Notes: generated from the sequence alone by a model not told the origin. Shown: positions 36,777 through 47,926, counted from the first letter of the stretch. The stretch is DNA of 64,000 nt from Limnothrix sp. BL-A-16 (GCA_041937175.2 CP166615.1:1600001-1664000); one strand, 5' to 3'. Numbers and translations: made by a program.

Positions 36777-38690
36777 CTACGAACCAATGATGCCGCCGTC
36801 CTTCTTGCGAATCACCAGCGTGCAATCGCGAGGAATCCGACCGCTACCTTGGGGCGCTGGGAAATTGGTCTTCGCCGGGTTCCCATCCCCAGGGTGCTGC
36901 AGATTCACAAACATCGTGCGGCGATCGGGCGTAACCGTAATGCCCGTCACCTCACAGTCCGTAACCCCCGTCAGCAGGCGGCGAATATCACCCGTTTCCA
37001 GGTTGGCCACCAACAACTGATCATTCAGACCCTTCTTCTGAGCACCATCGGTTTCAATGAACAGACGGCCATCGGGATCCGCCCACAGACCATCGGGGCT
37101 GCTGAACGTGCGCTCATCGCCGTTACCGTGGGTATCCTTCGCCAGGATGAAAATATCCCAAGTGAAGCTAGTTCCCGTGTAATCATCGCTGTCGCGCCAA
37201 CTGATGATGTGGCCATCGGGGTTGGGGCCCAAGGGGTTTGCCGCATTCACCTGCGTGTCTTTGCGCTGGGTGTTGTTGGTCAGGGTGCAATAAACCCGTC
37301 CATTCGCCGCCGCCGTAATCCACTCGGGGCGATCCATCGGCGTTGCGCCCAAAGCATCCGCCGCCAACCGGGCATAGGTCAACACTTCCGCCTGATCGCT
37401 GAATTTGCCGCGCAGGGCCGGGTTGCTGATGTTCATCTCCAGCCAACTGCCCGTGCCGTTGTCATTGAACTTGGCCACATAAAGCTTGCCTTCGTCCAAG
37501 GGGCTGACCCCACGGGCCCGCATCGATCGCCAGTTGTCCGCCGAAACGAACTTGTAGATATAATCAAAGCGCTCGTCGTCGCCCATGTAGACCACAATCC
37601 GGCCGCCGCGACCTTCCACCACTTCAGCCCCTTCATGCTTAATCCGACCCAGGGCGGTGCGCTTGACGGGGGTTTGGTTGGGGTTCATGGGGTCAATTTC
37701 CACCACCCAACCGAAGCGGTTTTCTTCGTTGGCATGTTCAGCACTGGCCAAGTCAAAACGCTTGTCAAACAGTTCCCAGCCATAACCAGCACCGGCCGCC
37801 GCAAAGCCGTAACGCTTTTGGGCGTTGGTCGTTTTCCAAGTGCCCGTTTTGGTTTGGGCGTTGTAGGTGCTGTCGCCAAAATAGCCGTTGAAGTTTTCTT
37901 CGCAGGTGAGGTAAGTGCCCCAAGGGGTTTTGCCGTTGGCGCAGTTGTTCAGGGTTCCCAAGGGCGGGTTACCGGCAGCGGTGCGCAGCAGGGGGCTATT
38001 GGCGGCGGGGCCGCTGAAGGTGACGGGGGTGTTCACATGGATCCGGCGCGATCGGGGACTGGGCACCGCTTGCCACTTGGCTCCCCGTATCCGCCGAATT
38101 TCTACCACCGAAACCCCATGGGCGTGCTGCGAAACCCGCACATCTTCCAGGCTGGTGGGCAAGTTTTTGCCAATGACGTGGCTGTTGGTTCCATACTCGT
38201 GGTTAATGGCCAACATCCCGTTATCGTTGCCTTGATCCAACGGGAAATACCACATCCCATCGTGGCCGATGCCGATTTGCTGGGCCTGTTCGGCCGAACT
38301 GGGGCGACGCTTCGGATCCCCGTTGTAGTTGGGGCCTTGGCCGGGGCCTTGCAAGGGGCTGCCCCAGGGAATCAGAATGTCGTACTCATAGGCAGAGGAG
38401 ATGGCCGGCACCGGGCCAGAACCGGCGGAAACGGGGACGATCGGGAAGTCCACCAATTTCCGCGCCTGGGCCAGCAGTTCCCCACCGGCCAGGCCGGCTT
38501 CGGGGTTGGCTCCCGTGGCCGCAGCGGCCCCTTGGGCCAGCAGTTTATCGCCAGCCAAGGCCGCTAAAAAGCCGCTGGCTCCCAACATGGCGCTGCGGGC
38601 CAAGAGGTTTCGGCGGGACAAGCGGGCGCGCAAAATGTCTTCAAAGGGGCGGTTGTTCGATCGATTGCTGATGCCGTTGTCGTGAATCAC
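36777..38690 (-). CDS. phoX: PhoX alkaline phosphatase (Tat-exported)
   Basis: SRRNLL Tat motif, NNCANG.TPWGTYLTCEEN, MDRPE, NLQHPG; GTG start after AGGAG. Confidence 0.95.
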   Translation of the reverse strand: MIHDNGISNRSNNRPFEDILRARLSRRNLLARSAMLGASGFLAALAGDKLLAQGAAAATGANPEAGLAGGELLAQARKLVDFPIVPVSAGSGPVPAISSAYEYDILIPWGSPLQGPGQGPNYNGDPKRRPSSAEQAQQIGIGHDGMWYFPLDQGNDNGMLAINHEYGTNSHVIGKNLPTSLEDVRVSQHAHGVSVVEIRRIRGAKWQAVPSPRSRRIHVNTPVTFSGPAANSPLLRTAAGNPPLGTLNNCANGKTPWGTYLTCEENFNGYFGDSTYNAQTKTGTWKTTNAQKRYGFAAAGAGYGWELFDKRFDLASAEHANEENRFGWVVEIDPMNPNQTPVKRTALGRIKHEGAEVVEGRGGRIVVYMGDDERFDYIYKFVSADNWRSMRARGVSPLDEGKLYVAKFNDNGTGSWLEMNISNPALRGKFSDQAEVLTYARLAADALGATPMDRPEWITAAANGRVYCTLTNNTQRKDTQVNAANPLGPNPDGHIISWRDSDDYTGTSFTWDIFILAKDTHGNGDERTFSSPDGLWADPDGRLFIETDGAQKKGLNDQLLVANLETGDIRRLLTGVTDCEVTGITVTPDRRTMFVNLQHPGDGNPAKTNFPAPQGSGRIPRDCTLVIRKKDGGIIGS

Positions 38691-38813
38691 GGGTCTTCTC
38701 CTAGTCCTGGCGATGCAAGTGGTGGAAACAGGCTGATGAATAGGGCTGGCCCCAGGCGATCGGGGCATCAGGGCCAGGTCACCCCCCAAGAGGTTGCTGT
38801 CTTCGTCACTGTT

Positions 38814-39392
38814 TTAATCGAGGTCGCTGAGATAGTCCTGAGCTTGCGATCGCGTCATTTGACCCGTATCCCAGGCCTGATCAATGGTTGCGCCGCGACC
38901 ACCCACACCCCGAGGGCCCGTTCCCGGTTGCCCCGACTGCGTTGGGTTAGCCGGTTGTGCCGCCACCAAAGAATCGGGCGGCTCCGCTGGCTGAGGATCT
39001 GGCCGTTGCAGCAGGCGACCGGACGCATAATATTGCGTCCAGGCGTTGACCCGTGGGTTTTGTTGCCACTGCGATCGGGTAACACTCACCGTCAAAATGG
39101 GCACTAAATTTCCATGGCGATTGCCCAACACCACAACCTGAACCATCGAAAGGGCCGGTTTTTGCTGAAATTCCCGCGCGATCGCCGCTTGAGCCATCCG
39201 TTCGGCTTGAGCCACTAAATCGCGCTGTTCGGTCAGGGTATAAATCGGCAATTCGAGAGTTAGGCTGGGGGGGTTGGCCAGGGCCGGCTGATCAATTAAA
39301 ACCAGGCCGCTCCCAACGTTCCAAGGCCCGATCGCAACGGGATTCAGAACAGCCATGCAAACTGAGGCCAATGCAAACCTAACCAAGCTCAT
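38814..39392 (-). CDS. conserved cyanobacterial exported hypothetical protein upstream of phoX
   Basis: N-terminal hydrophobic segment; V.G.RHG..VPIL...V.RSQW...P motif. Confidence 0.65.
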   Translation of the reverse strand: MSLVRFALASVCMAVLNPVAIGPWNVGSGLVLIDQPALANPPSLTLELPIYTLTEQRDLVAQAERMAQAAIAREFQQKPALSMVQVVVLGNRHGNLVPILTVSVTRSQWQQNPRVNAWTQYYASGRLLQRPDPQPAEPPDSLVAAQPANPTQSGQPGTGPRGVGGRGATIDQAWDTGQMTRSQAQDYLSDLD

Positions 39393-39489
39393 AAATTCAG
39401 CGACGCACGAGACCCATTTGCCAAGAAACCAACATCCACCATGTCGGCTTCCGCAAAGAGCCATAGACGCTATTTACGCTAGGTTTCTT

Positions 39490-39508
39490 CAGTAAAGATA
39501 GGGTTAAG
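39490..39508 (-). promoter_or_regulatory. candidate cyanobacterial Pho box (SphR)
   Basis: CTTAACCC-tat-CTTTACTG with 11-bp period upstream of the phoX locus. Confidence 0.4.
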
Positions 39509-39687
39509 TGAAAACTGGATTTTGATTAACTTTTGAGATCCTTGACCCTTAGAAAATCTTAATTTCTTGATTTATTGCATCAAATTCAACCAGAGACAGT
39601 CTTAAATCGATCAATCTTAAAATTCTTCGCAATTTGATACAATTCAAGTTTTATAAATTTTCAACGATCTTGAGAAATACAATACAA

Positions 39688-39829
39688 GGGCCTGTCGTCA
39701 TTTCCTAGGATCGGGCGGAAACGATTGATTTTCCATGTCCCAGTCGTTGTAACAAGGGGCTTAAGCCCCTTGTCCCCCACGATCTGCCAACGGCGGAATC
39801 AAGATTTCAGGCGATTTGACGACAGGCCC
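39688..39829. mobile_element. MITE-A (142 bp) with internal REP palindrome
   Basis: Perfect 13-bp TIR gggcctgtcgtca / tgacgacaggccc. Confidence 0.85.
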
Positions 39830-40058
39830 TAGATTTTCGAGTTTAAATTCTTAAAACCGAATCTTCCAGAATTGAATCTAGGCTCAAATTCAAAAATTTA
39901 GTCTCAAAAAATCAAGGCCAAAATTCAGAATTAGAAATTGTCAAAAAATTGTCAAAAAAATTAAAGCTAGAATCTAAAGCCAACAATTTAAACTTAGCAA
40001 CTTGAAATTAATGATTCAATAGAATCTGAAACCCCAGAAAGTCTCATCCAGAAGCCCT

Positions 40059-40090
40059 AAAAAAAGGATAGATTTTGACTCTATCCCTTT
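40059..40090 (-). terminator. possible intrinsic terminator downstream of glyA
   Basis: ggatag...ctatcc hairpin with an A7 run on +. Confidence 0.45.
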
Positions 40091-40199
40091 GGCTCAATCA
40101 CTCAAAAGCCTGTATCGGTGATGATCGGGAATGGGGATCGAGGATGATGATCTCCCTCGATCCCCATTTCACAGTTAGATCCTTCAGCTCAATCCCTAA

Positions 40200-40330
40200 G
40201 AGGATGTCTGAAACGCCAAAATCGATACTCTGCACGCCTCATCGATCGACGGAGACAAGATGCTCAAGCCCCTTGCCCCCACGACTATTGGTGCATTGCC
40301 CGTGCCAAAAGACACTTTTCAGACATCCCC
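40200..40330. mobile_element. MITE-B (131 bp), TAA target duplication, internal REP variant
   Basis: taa|gaggatgtctgaaa...tttcagacatcccc|taa. Confidence 0.85.
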
Positions 40331-41613
40331 TAAGCCAGGGCTGGCAGGGCCGCCCGCAGATGGGGATAGAGCGGGAAGCGATCGCACAGGGCCGCCACCC
40401 GATCGCGGCAGGCTTCTTCCGTCGAGGCATCAGCCGCGTTGATCAACCGCTCGGCGATGATGTCGCCGATTTCGGTGAATTCCGCCTTGCCCATGCCGCG
40501 CGTGGTCATGGCCGGCGAACCCAACCGGATACCGCTGGTGACGAAGGGCGATTGGGGATCAAAGGGCACGGTGTTCTTGTTGGCGGTGATGTTGATTTCA
40601 CCCAACAGGCGATCGGCTTCCTTACCGGTCATTTCGATCGAGCGTAGATCCACCAACACCAAGTGATTGTCCGTACCACCAGACACCAGCTTTAGACCAC
40701 GCGCTTGCAACTGAGCACCCATCGCTTGGGCGTTGGCAATCACCTGGGCGGCGTAGGTCTTGAACTCCGGGCGCAGGGCTTCCCCAAAGGCCACCGCCTT
40801 GGCAGCGATCACATGCTCCAGGGGGCCGCCTTGGGTTCCGGGAAACACGGATTTATCAAACTTCTTGCCCAGTTCCTCATCGCGGCACAGAATCAAGCCG
40901 CCACGGGGGCCGCGCAGGGTCTTGTGGGTGGTGGTGGTCACCACATCGCAGTAGGGCAGGGGGCTGGGATGCAGGCCAGCGGCCACCAAACCGGCAATGT
41001 GGGCGATGTCCGCCATCAGGTATGCGCCCACTTCATCGGCGATCGCCCGGAATTGGGCAAAGTCGATCGTCCGGGGATAGGCGGAATAGCCGCAAATAAT
41101 CAGCTTGGGCTTGTGCTCGATCGCCAGCTTGCGGATCAGGTCAAAGTCCAGTTGCTCGGTTTCGGGGCTTACGCCGTACTGCACCACGTTGAACCACTTG
41201 CCGGACACGTTCACCGGGGAACCGTGGGTCAAGTGGCCACCATGGGACAAGTCCATGCCCATGATTGTGTCGCCCGGTTGCAGCAGGGTCAGGAACACGG
41301 CGAAGTTGGCTTGCGCGCCCGAGTGGGGTTGCACGTTGGCCCAAGCCGCGCCGAACAGTTCCTTCACGCGATCGATCGCCAACTGCTCTGCGCGATCGAC
41401 AAATTCACAGCCGCCGTAGTAGCGCTTGGCGGGCAGGCCTTCCGCATATTTGTTGGTCAGCACCGAGCCTTGGGCCGCCATCACCGCCGCCGAGGTGAAG
41501 TTTTCGCTGGCAATCAGTTCGAGGTGGTCGCGCTGGCGCTGTAACTCGAGACCGATAATTTCGGCCACGAGGGGATCGGATTCGGCCAAAAAATCCAGGT
41601 TCGTGCGAGTCAC
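40330..41613 (-). CDS. glyA: serine hydroxymethyltransferase
   Basis: [19 protein letters not shown]. Confidence 0.98.
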   Translation of the reverse strand: MTRTNLDFLAESDPLVAEIIGLELQRQRDHLELIASENFTSAAVMAAQGSVLTNKYAEGLPAKRYYGGCEFVDRAEQLAIDRVKELFGAAWANVQPHSGAQANFAVFLTLLQPGDTIMGMDLSHGGHLTHGSPVNVSGKWFNVVQYGVSPETEQLDFDLIRKLAIEHKPKLIICGYSAYPRTIDFAQFRAIADEVGAYLMADIAHIAGLVAAGLHPSPLPYCDVVTTTTHKTLRGPRGGLILCRDEELGKKFDKSVFPGTQGGPLEHVIAAKAVAFGEALRPEFKTYAAQVIANAQAMGAQLQARGLKLVSGGTDNHLVLVDLRSIEMTGKEADRLLGEINITANKNTVPFDPQSPFVTSGIRLGSPAMTTRGMGKAEFTEIGDIIAERLINAADASTEEACRDRVAALCDRFPLYPHLRAALPALA

Positions 41614-41806
41614 GATGTCAGTTTCCTTGCTTGTTGCGTGGGGGTTGAAAGGCTGGGGCGAGTGAGGGTCGCGCGATCGATCTCAGTACCACATCGGTGC
41701 AGCGAAAACACCCCAAGCCAATCATCATACGGCCGATTGGACGGCGGGGCGATCGATCCATAATGCAATCAGCAGTTTCACCGGCCCCGACAGGGCGCGA
41801 TCGATC

Positions 41807-42046
41807 ATGGTGACGTGGAAATCTTTAAGTGAGCAAGCCGAACAACTGTCCTGGCGTGATCGGCTGCTGTTGATCTGGCAACTGGTGCGATCGTTGGGCA
41901 GGCGATCGGCTCCAGTTCAGCCACCGAAAACGCGATCAGTGTTGGATGTTCTCCAGCCATTTGTGGGTGTGGGTGATGGGCCTGAAGACCTATCAACAAA
42001 TCCTAAGTATCTTGATGGATTGGGAGACAAAGAAATGTGGTGTTGA
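41807..42046 (+). CDS. putative antitoxin-like small protein
   Basis: C-terminal GDGPEDLSTNPKYL.G.G motif. Confidence 0.6.
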   Translation: MVTWKSLSEQAEQLSWRDRLLLIWQLVRSLGRRSAPVQPPKTRSVLDVLQPFVGVGDGPEDLSTNPKYLDGLGDKEMWC

Positions 42047-42123
42047 CATTGGATAGCGATTTTTTGGTTTATCGAAGATTCGATCGCGAGCCAATTCCAA
42101 CGATTATGCCTCCACAGTCATGA
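42037..42123 (+). pseudogene. C-terminal remnant of a PIN/VapC toxin
   Basis: VVLTLDSDFLVYRRFDREPIPTIMP* with the T.D.DF motif. Confidence 0.6.
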
Positions 42124-42147
42124 CTGATTGGGTTGTGATGATCAGCC

Positions 42148-44883
42148 CTACTTCGTATCCCCGATCGCCACGAAAGCCGCCCAGTTTTGGGGCCCCGGAT
42201 ATTGTGCCCGTACCTGCAACATGGCCGATCGCAAAGCCGTTGCCGCATCTTTCCCGGTGGCTCGTTCCGCATAGAAGATTTGCATCATCAGAGCCGTGGG
42301 TTCATCGGGCACTTTCCAAAGGCTGGCCACCACCGTCGGCACACCGGCCTTGAAAAATGCCCGTGCCAAACCGATCACCCCTTCACCGCTGACCGTTCCG
42401 CGGCCCGTGTCGCAAGCACTCAGCACCGCCAGCCGTGCTTGCAGGTTGCGATCGAAAATTTCCGCGATCGTGAGCCGTCCGTCCTCATTGCCGCCGGGAA
42501 CCAGGGCCAGCCAACTCTCCAACCCGCCATCGGCCGTTCTGGGCACAACACCATGGGTCGCAAAGTGCAGCAGACCCGCCCGATCGATCTGTTCTTTCAC
42601 CTTCGATTCGGTGGCTTGGGATCCAATTAACGGCTGGGCATTCAGGGTTTGGGCGATCGCCCGGGCCTCCGTTTCTGCGCCCTGCAAAGGGTTCAGGTTA
42701 TCCGGCATCGGATCGGGATTACCCACAATCAGCGCCGGGCCGTTGCTGGTTTGGGGACGGCGGGCCGCTGCTGCCAACACCGACACCGAAGGCGCAAAGG
42801 CCAGAGTGTGGCGATCGATTAAAAATTTGCCCGACTCATCCCGCAGGGCCGCAAAGGGAACCACCGCCAATTCCCGATGGGGAATGATGATCAATTTGCT
42901 GCCCGTTTCTGAAGGCAATAGGTCAGCGATCGGCTTGATCAACAGGTCATAGCCTTGCCGTAAATCCGTGGAATTAGCCGCGATCGGGTCGTTGCCCGTT
43001 CCTCGTAATTGATTCGCAAAATCATTCAGACCTTGATCATTGCCCCGCAGGCTCATTAACCGCAAAGTGACCGCACTGTTTCGCAAAGCCTCAGCCGTTT
43101 GACCCAAGCCTTTTGTGGAGTCGGGTAAGGGAACCTTCCGAAAGGCGATCGCCCCCTGAGGTGGAATCACCCAAATATATAGCTCTCCCCAAACGGCGGA
43201 ATAGTGAATAATTGTGCCGTTTTGCTGTTGGGCGATCGCCTGAATTTCAGCAGCCGTCAGAGATGAACTGGGGGATGTGGAATTGGACTGCAAAAAAGAC
43301 AGCAAAGAGCGGGCCCGGCCGCGATCGGCAACGACAACCCCTTCAGCCGTTTGATTCATGGCGATCAAGGTTCGTTGCAAGGATTGATAAACACTTTGTT
43401 GGGTTTCCAGTAGCGAAGTGCGATCGCGATCGTTCTGGCCCAAATCAGTTTGAATGGCTTCTAAGCTGTCTAAGCCAGACTGCAACATCTGGGCAGATTT
43501 TGCCAATTGATTGGTATAGAAATAAGCAAGGCCGAGGTTGCTAAGTGTCATGGCTGCTACCTCGCGATCGCCAATGGATCGGGCGATCGACAAGGACTGT
43601 TCGTAATAGTCAATAGCACGCTGATATTGTTTGAGAGCGTAGTGAGCCATTCCCAAAACACTCAGGGAGTAAGCTTCTCCCGCTCGATCGCCAATTTTGC
43701 GTTTAATTGCTAGGGACTGTTCATGATAGGCGATGGCGCGTTGATAGTCTCCGAGGTCATGGTAACTATTACCCAAGCTACTCAAAACCACGGATTCACC
43801 CGCTTGATCACCGATCGCCCGCTGAATTACTAAAGCTTGTTCATAATAAGTAATCGCCTGCTGATGCTGACCTAGATCGTTATAGGCATTGCCCAAACTA
43901 TTCAGAGAAGTAGCTTCTCCATTGCGATCGCCAATTTCGCGCTTAATCGCCAGGGATTGTTCTTGATATTCAATTGCCCGCTGAGACTGACCAAGGGAAT
44001 TGTAGATCCCGCCAAGATTACCGAGTGAAATGGCCTCCCCATTGCGATCGCCAATTTCGCGCTTAATCGCCAGGGCTTGTTCTTGATAATTAATCGCTCG
44101 TTGATATTGACCCAATGAGCTGTAAATAGTACCAAGATTGCCCAGAGAAATTGCTTCTCCCTGGCGATCGCCCAATTGGCGATCGAGGGCTAAAGATTGC
44201 TCATGATAGTCAAGGGCACGCTGATAGTTGCCCAAGGCTTGGTAGGCTAATCCCAAATTACCTAAAGAAGCAGAAATTCCTCGTTGATTGCCGATCGCTC
44301 GGTCAATTTCCAGAGATTGTTCGTAATAGGTAATGGCGCGTTGATATTGTCCAAGTTGGTTATAAGCAATGCCCAGACTGCCAAGGGAATCGGCCAGGCC
44401 TGCTTGGTTACCTAATTGACGTTTGATCGCCAGGGATTGCTCATAATAGGTAATCGCACGTTGATAGTCTCCGAGGGATTGATAAGCATTGCCCAGGTTA
44501 TGAAGAGACCGGGCAGCTCCCTGGAAATTTCCCCGTTGGCGATCGAGGGCTAAGGCCTGTTCGTGATATTCAACGGCGCGTTGGTATTGACCCAAAGCAT
44601 CATAGGCATTGCCCAAATTTCCGAGGGCCGCTGCTTCCCCGCTCTGAGATCGAAGGGCGCGATAAATTTCCAGTGCTGCTTCCCAGGACTGAAGGGCCGC
44701 CCGAAACTGACTGGTTTGGTATTGTTGAATTCCCTGTTGCAACAGTCGATCGGCCGTTGGCTTTTGGGGCGAGTTGGGGCCAGACTGGGCGAGGTGCAAG
44801 GGCGAATTGACCGGCAGCGGTAGGGCGATCGCCCCCGTTGTGCCCAGAACCCACAGCAACCCACTAACCCATAGTCCTCGCAT
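42148..44883 (-). CDS. TPR-repeat CHAT-domain (caspase-like) protease
   Basis: Signal peptide, about ten 40-aa TPR units, HFATHG, LSACDTG, SLW.V; start uncertain. Confidence 0.92.
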   Translation of the reverse strand: MRGLWVSGLLWVLGTTGAIALPLPVNSPLHLAQSGPNSPQKPTADRLLQQGIQQYQTSQFRAALQSWEAALEIYRALRSQSGEAAALGNLGNAYDALGQYQRAVEYHEQALALDRQRGNFQGAARSLHNLGNAYQSLGDYQRAITYYEQSLAIKRQLGNQAGLADSLGSLGIAYNQLGQYQRAITYYEQSLEIDRAIGNQRGISASLGNLGLAYQALGNYQRALDYHEQSLALDRQLGDRQGEAISLGNLGTIYSSLGQYQRAINYQEQALAIKREIGDRNGEAISLGNLGGIYNSLGQSQRAIEYQEQSLAIKREIGDRNGEATSLNSLGNAYNDLGQHQQAITYYEQALVIQRAIGDQAGESVVLSSLGNSYHDLGDYQRAIAYHEQSLAIKRKIGDRAGEAYSLSVLGMAHYALKQYQRAIDYYEQSLSIARSIGDREVAAMTLSNLGLAYFYTNQLAKSAQMLQSGLDSLEAIQTDLGQNDRDRTSLLETQQSVYQSLQRTLIAMNQTAEGVVVADRGRARSLLSFLQSNSTSPSSSLTAAEIQAIAQQQNGTIIHYSAVWGELYIWVIPPQGAIAFRKVPLPDSTKGLGQTAEALRNSAVTLRLMSLRGNDQGLNDFANQLRGTGNDPIAANSTDLRQGYDLLIKPIADLLPSETGSKLIIIPHRELAVVPFAALRDESGKFLIDRHTLAFAPSVSVLAAAARRPQTSNGPALIVGNPDPMPDNLNPLQGAETEARAIAQTLNAQPLIGSQATESKVKEQIDRAGLLHFATHGVVPRTADGGLESWLALVPGGNEDGRLTIAEIFDRNLQARLAVLSACDTGRGTVSGEGVIGLARAFFKAGVPTVVASLWKVPDEPTALMMQIFYAERATGKDAATALRSAMLQVRAQYPGPQNWAAFVAIGDTK

Positions 44884-45044
44884 AACCCATTCCCCCGACA
44901 TGAGCGATCGCCTCGCCACCCACCATAGCCCCGCAATTTTTCAAGCGTCACCCGTGGGTACTGAGTCAGGCGTGATCGCCCCGGCAGACCATGGCAGAAT
45001 GAGAACCGGTTTTCCGTCCCAAATCGCAACCCGGTAACTGTCCT

Positions 45045-45284
45045 ATGCCTCCCCGTTGGCCCCGTGAACCCGATCGCGCCGACCCTGAATATCGCAAACT
45101 CGACGATCGGATGACCTTTGCTACCCATGTGGCGATTTTTGCCGCCAGCAACTCTGGCCTGTGGTTTTTTGAAACCCTGAACCGGGCGAGTGATCCTTGG
45201 GCCGTTTGGGTCACCCTGGGCTGGTTGGGAGCCTTGACCCTCCATGGGGTTTATATCTTCGCGATCGCGGACTATTCCGCCTAG
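45045..45284 (+). CDS. 2TM-domain small membrane protein
   Basis: MPPRWPREPDR.DP..RKLDDRM.FA.H conserved pattern. Confidence 0.8.
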   Translation: MPPRWPREPDRADPEYRKLDDRMTFATHVAIFAASNSGLWFFETLNRASDPWAVWVTLGWLGALTLHGVYIFAIADYSA

Positions 45285-45295
45285 ATGGGTTGCCC

Positions 45296-47119
45296 ATGAC
45301 TGCGTTGCTAGAGGCGATCGAACAAGCCCTGGATCATTGGGATCGTCAGCCCTTTGCGCCGGAACCCCTGGCCCAATTGCGGAATCTGCGTCGTCAATTG
45401 GCGGAACAGTGGCTGGCCACGCCGGACGCAGCCATGGCGACCCAATGGGAAACCGGACGCGCCGCCCAAGCGGCCCTTTGGGATTGCAACTTGCGCTATG
45501 AAGCCTTGACCCCCGAGGAACGCCAGTGGCTGGAGCCGATCGAGCGGGAATTGGCCGCCACTTGGCCGGCTCCCCGCCTCCAATCGGTTTGGGCGATCGC
45601 CCTCTACCAACGGGCCGAAACCTGGCTGTCCGATCTGCATGGGTTGCAACTGCCGCCTTGGGCGATCGAACCTTTTTTTGACTATTGCTTGGCCTTTCCC
45701 TGCTTTTTTCGGGAATTGGGCGAGGTCGATCGCTATGCCAACTTCACCATCGCCCTGGTGGACTATTTGCATGAACAAATTTTCCGCTATCCGCAATCGG
45801 CACAATGGCAAAAAATCGCCCTGACCTTTAGTAACTTGGCGAACCTGGTTCCGCTTTATTTTTGCGATCGGAACTTGCGATCGACCTTTGCCAAACGGGC
45901 CGCGATTTTGGAATTTTCCCTGCGGTTAGCGGGCCATCAGTTGGAATATGACTTTGCACCCCGATCGCCCGATCACCCCAAAATTCGGCTCGGAATCCTG
46001 AAAACCAATTATTTATCTCACCCGGAAACTTTTACAACGTTTCCGGTGTTTGAGTGGCTCGATCGCGATCGGTTTGAAGTGATTTTGTATGTCATTGATC
46101 GCGATCCAGATTTGCTGAATGCCTATCAACAACGCCGATCGGGAGATGCGATCGTGCCGCTGGTGGGTGATTTAAAACAACAGGTGGCCCGAATTCGGCA
46201 AGATGATTTGGATTTGCTGTTGGTGGCCACGATCGTCACCAATTCCCTGCATCGGGTGTTGATGATTGGGGCCCATCGGTTGGCGCGGGTGCAAATCCAT
46301 TCCGTTTCTTCCCCCGTCACCAGCGGCATGACCCATATGGATTACTACCTGTCGGGTCAGCTCACGGAAATCGCCACCGCCGCCGCCCATTATCAAGAAA
46401 AGTTGCTCTGTGTGTCAGGGCCGGCCCACTGTTTTGACTATTCCTTGGAAGCCGCCGAACCGCGATTAGTGATCGATCGGGCCAGTGTGGGGATTCCTGA
46501 GGGGGCGATCGCCTTTGTTTCGGGAGCCAATTTATATAAAACCATCCCCGAACAGCGGGAAACTTGGGCGAAATTGCTGGCGGCGATTCCTGATAGTTAC
46601 CTATTGCTTTGTCCCTTTGGAGCCAGTTGGAAACGCAACTATCCCAAGGTGCAATTTTGGCAGCGCTTACGGGAAACCTTGGCCGCCCATGGAGTCAATC
46701 CCGATCGAGCCATTGTGTTTGACCAACTGCCCAGCCGCGCCGATGTGAAAGCGGTGTTGCAATTGGCTGATATCTATCTCGACTCGTTTCCCTTTGGTGG
46801 GGCGAATTCCATTGTGGATGCGATCGAGGTGGGGTTGCCGGTGGTGGCCCGCGAAAGTGACTGGTTTCGATCGCGCCAAGGAGCCGCCATTTTGCGCGAT
46901 GTGGACTTGGGAGATTGGGTCGCCCGCTCAGAGGCAGATTACCTGGCTCTGGCGGGGCGTTTGGCGGCGGATCCAACCCTACGGCAATCGATTCGCCATC
47001 ACCTGACCCGAGCCTTGGCCCAGCCACCGCGCTGCCTGGACAGCCGAGCCTACGCGGCCGAGGTGAGCCAGCAGTTGATGCGGGCGTTGGAACAGTGGCA
47101 GGGCGATCGGGTTGAGTGA
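45296..47119 (+). CDS. GT41 (SPINDLY/OGT/HMW1C-like) glycosyltransferase
   Basis: RLARVQ...PVTSG...DYY, DIYLDSFPFGG. Confidence 0.85.
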   Translation: MTALLEAIEQALDHWDRQPFAPEPLAQLRNLRRQLAEQWLATPDAAMATQWETGRAAQAALWDCNLRYEALTPEERQWLEPIERELAATWPAPRLQSVWAIALYQRAETWLSDLHGLQLPPWAIEPFFDYCLAFPCFFRELGEVDRYANFTIALVDYLHEQIFRYPQSAQWQKIALTFSNLANLVPLYFCDRNLRSTFAKRAAILEFSLRLAGHQLEYDFAPRSPDHPKIRLGILKTNYLSHPETFTTFPVFEWLDRDRFEVILYVIDRDPDLLNAYQQRRSGDAIVPLVGDLKQQVARIRQDDLDLLLVATIVTNSLHRVLMIGAHRLARVQIHSVSSPVTSGMTHMDYYLSGQLTEIATAAAHYQEKLLCVSGPAHCFDYSLEAAEPRLVIDRASVGIPEGAIAFVSGANLYKTIPEQRETWAKLLAAIPDSYLLLCPFGASWKRNYPKVQFWQRLRETLAAHGVNPDRAIVFDQLPSRADVKAVLQLADIYLDSFPFGGANSIVDAIEVGLPVVARESDWFRSRQGAAILRDVDLGDWVARSEADYLALAGRLAADPTLRQSIRHHLTRALAQPPRCLDSRAYAAEVSQQLMRALEQWQGDRVE

Positions 47120-47287
47120 TCGAACCTAGTAGCGCGACAGGCTTAATACATTGGGTCAAAGTTGCGGAGCCAGTCAAAGTTGCGGAGCCAGTCGTGTTAA
47201 CAAGGGGCTTGAGCATCTTGTTGCTTAACGATCAGGTGACGGTAACAGCCATATCATTTGACCCAGCGAATTAAGGCAGCCACGCTA

Positions 47288-47761
47288 CTAGGGCGCAGTT
47301 TGACCGTCGCCGGTCGATCGTTGCATTTGCAGCAGCGACCCGTTGTAAGGGTTCGGTAAGTCCTGTGTCCGAATCCAAGGATCAGACAGGCTTTGGCGCT
47401 GAAGCACCTCGTAATACAGGCGGCTGATGTTGCGGCTGTCGGCGTTTGTGCCCTTTTCGGGGAACGGCAGCCCTAGGATGACCTGCAACTGTCCCCAAAT
47501 CGTTTGATCGGTGTGGGTTGGGGGGTTGTGGCGATAAAACGTTGCGTCAAAGGCTTGGGGAATGGTGGTGATCGGAATGGCGGCCGAGGAACGGCTGCCG
47601 GGAGTACCGGTTTGCGCCGGGCCGCTGCCCAAGGGGTCGTTTGGCCCCGGCACAATGACCCGATCGCCATAGTCAGCCGACTGGGCCAAGGCGGGGCCCA
47701 CGCTCAAAACCGTGGCGGCGATCGCCGAGCCGATCACAGTAGCCCAAGTGGTGGTCTTCAT
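47288..47761 (-). CDS. exported hypothetical protein
   Basis: Signal peptide ending PALAQ; RTQDLPNPY..SL motif. Confidence 0.7.
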   Translation of the reverse strand: MKTTTWATVIGSAIAATVLSVGPALAQSADYGDRVIVPGPNDPLGSGPAQTGTPGSRSSAAIPITTIPQAFDATFYRHNPPTHTDQTIWGQLQVILGLPFPEKGTNADSRNISRLYYEVLQRQSLSDPWIRTQDLPNPYNGSLLQMQRSTGDGQTAP

Positions 47762-47926
47762 TTACTTTGCTCCTAATCGATCGCAGTCTTGCATCGTGCT
47801 CGATCGCTTCTCAGACGACCGCCAACGAGTCACGGGCCAATGGCTCCAAAGATCAGCCCCATCTTGCCACGGGTTCCCGAAAGGATGCAATGGACGAAGA
47901 GTTTGCAGAGTCCTGATTCCCAATCC

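Noticed and set aside
43600..44620. 120-bp DNA repeats
   Set aside because: Explained by the TPR coding units of the CHAT protein.
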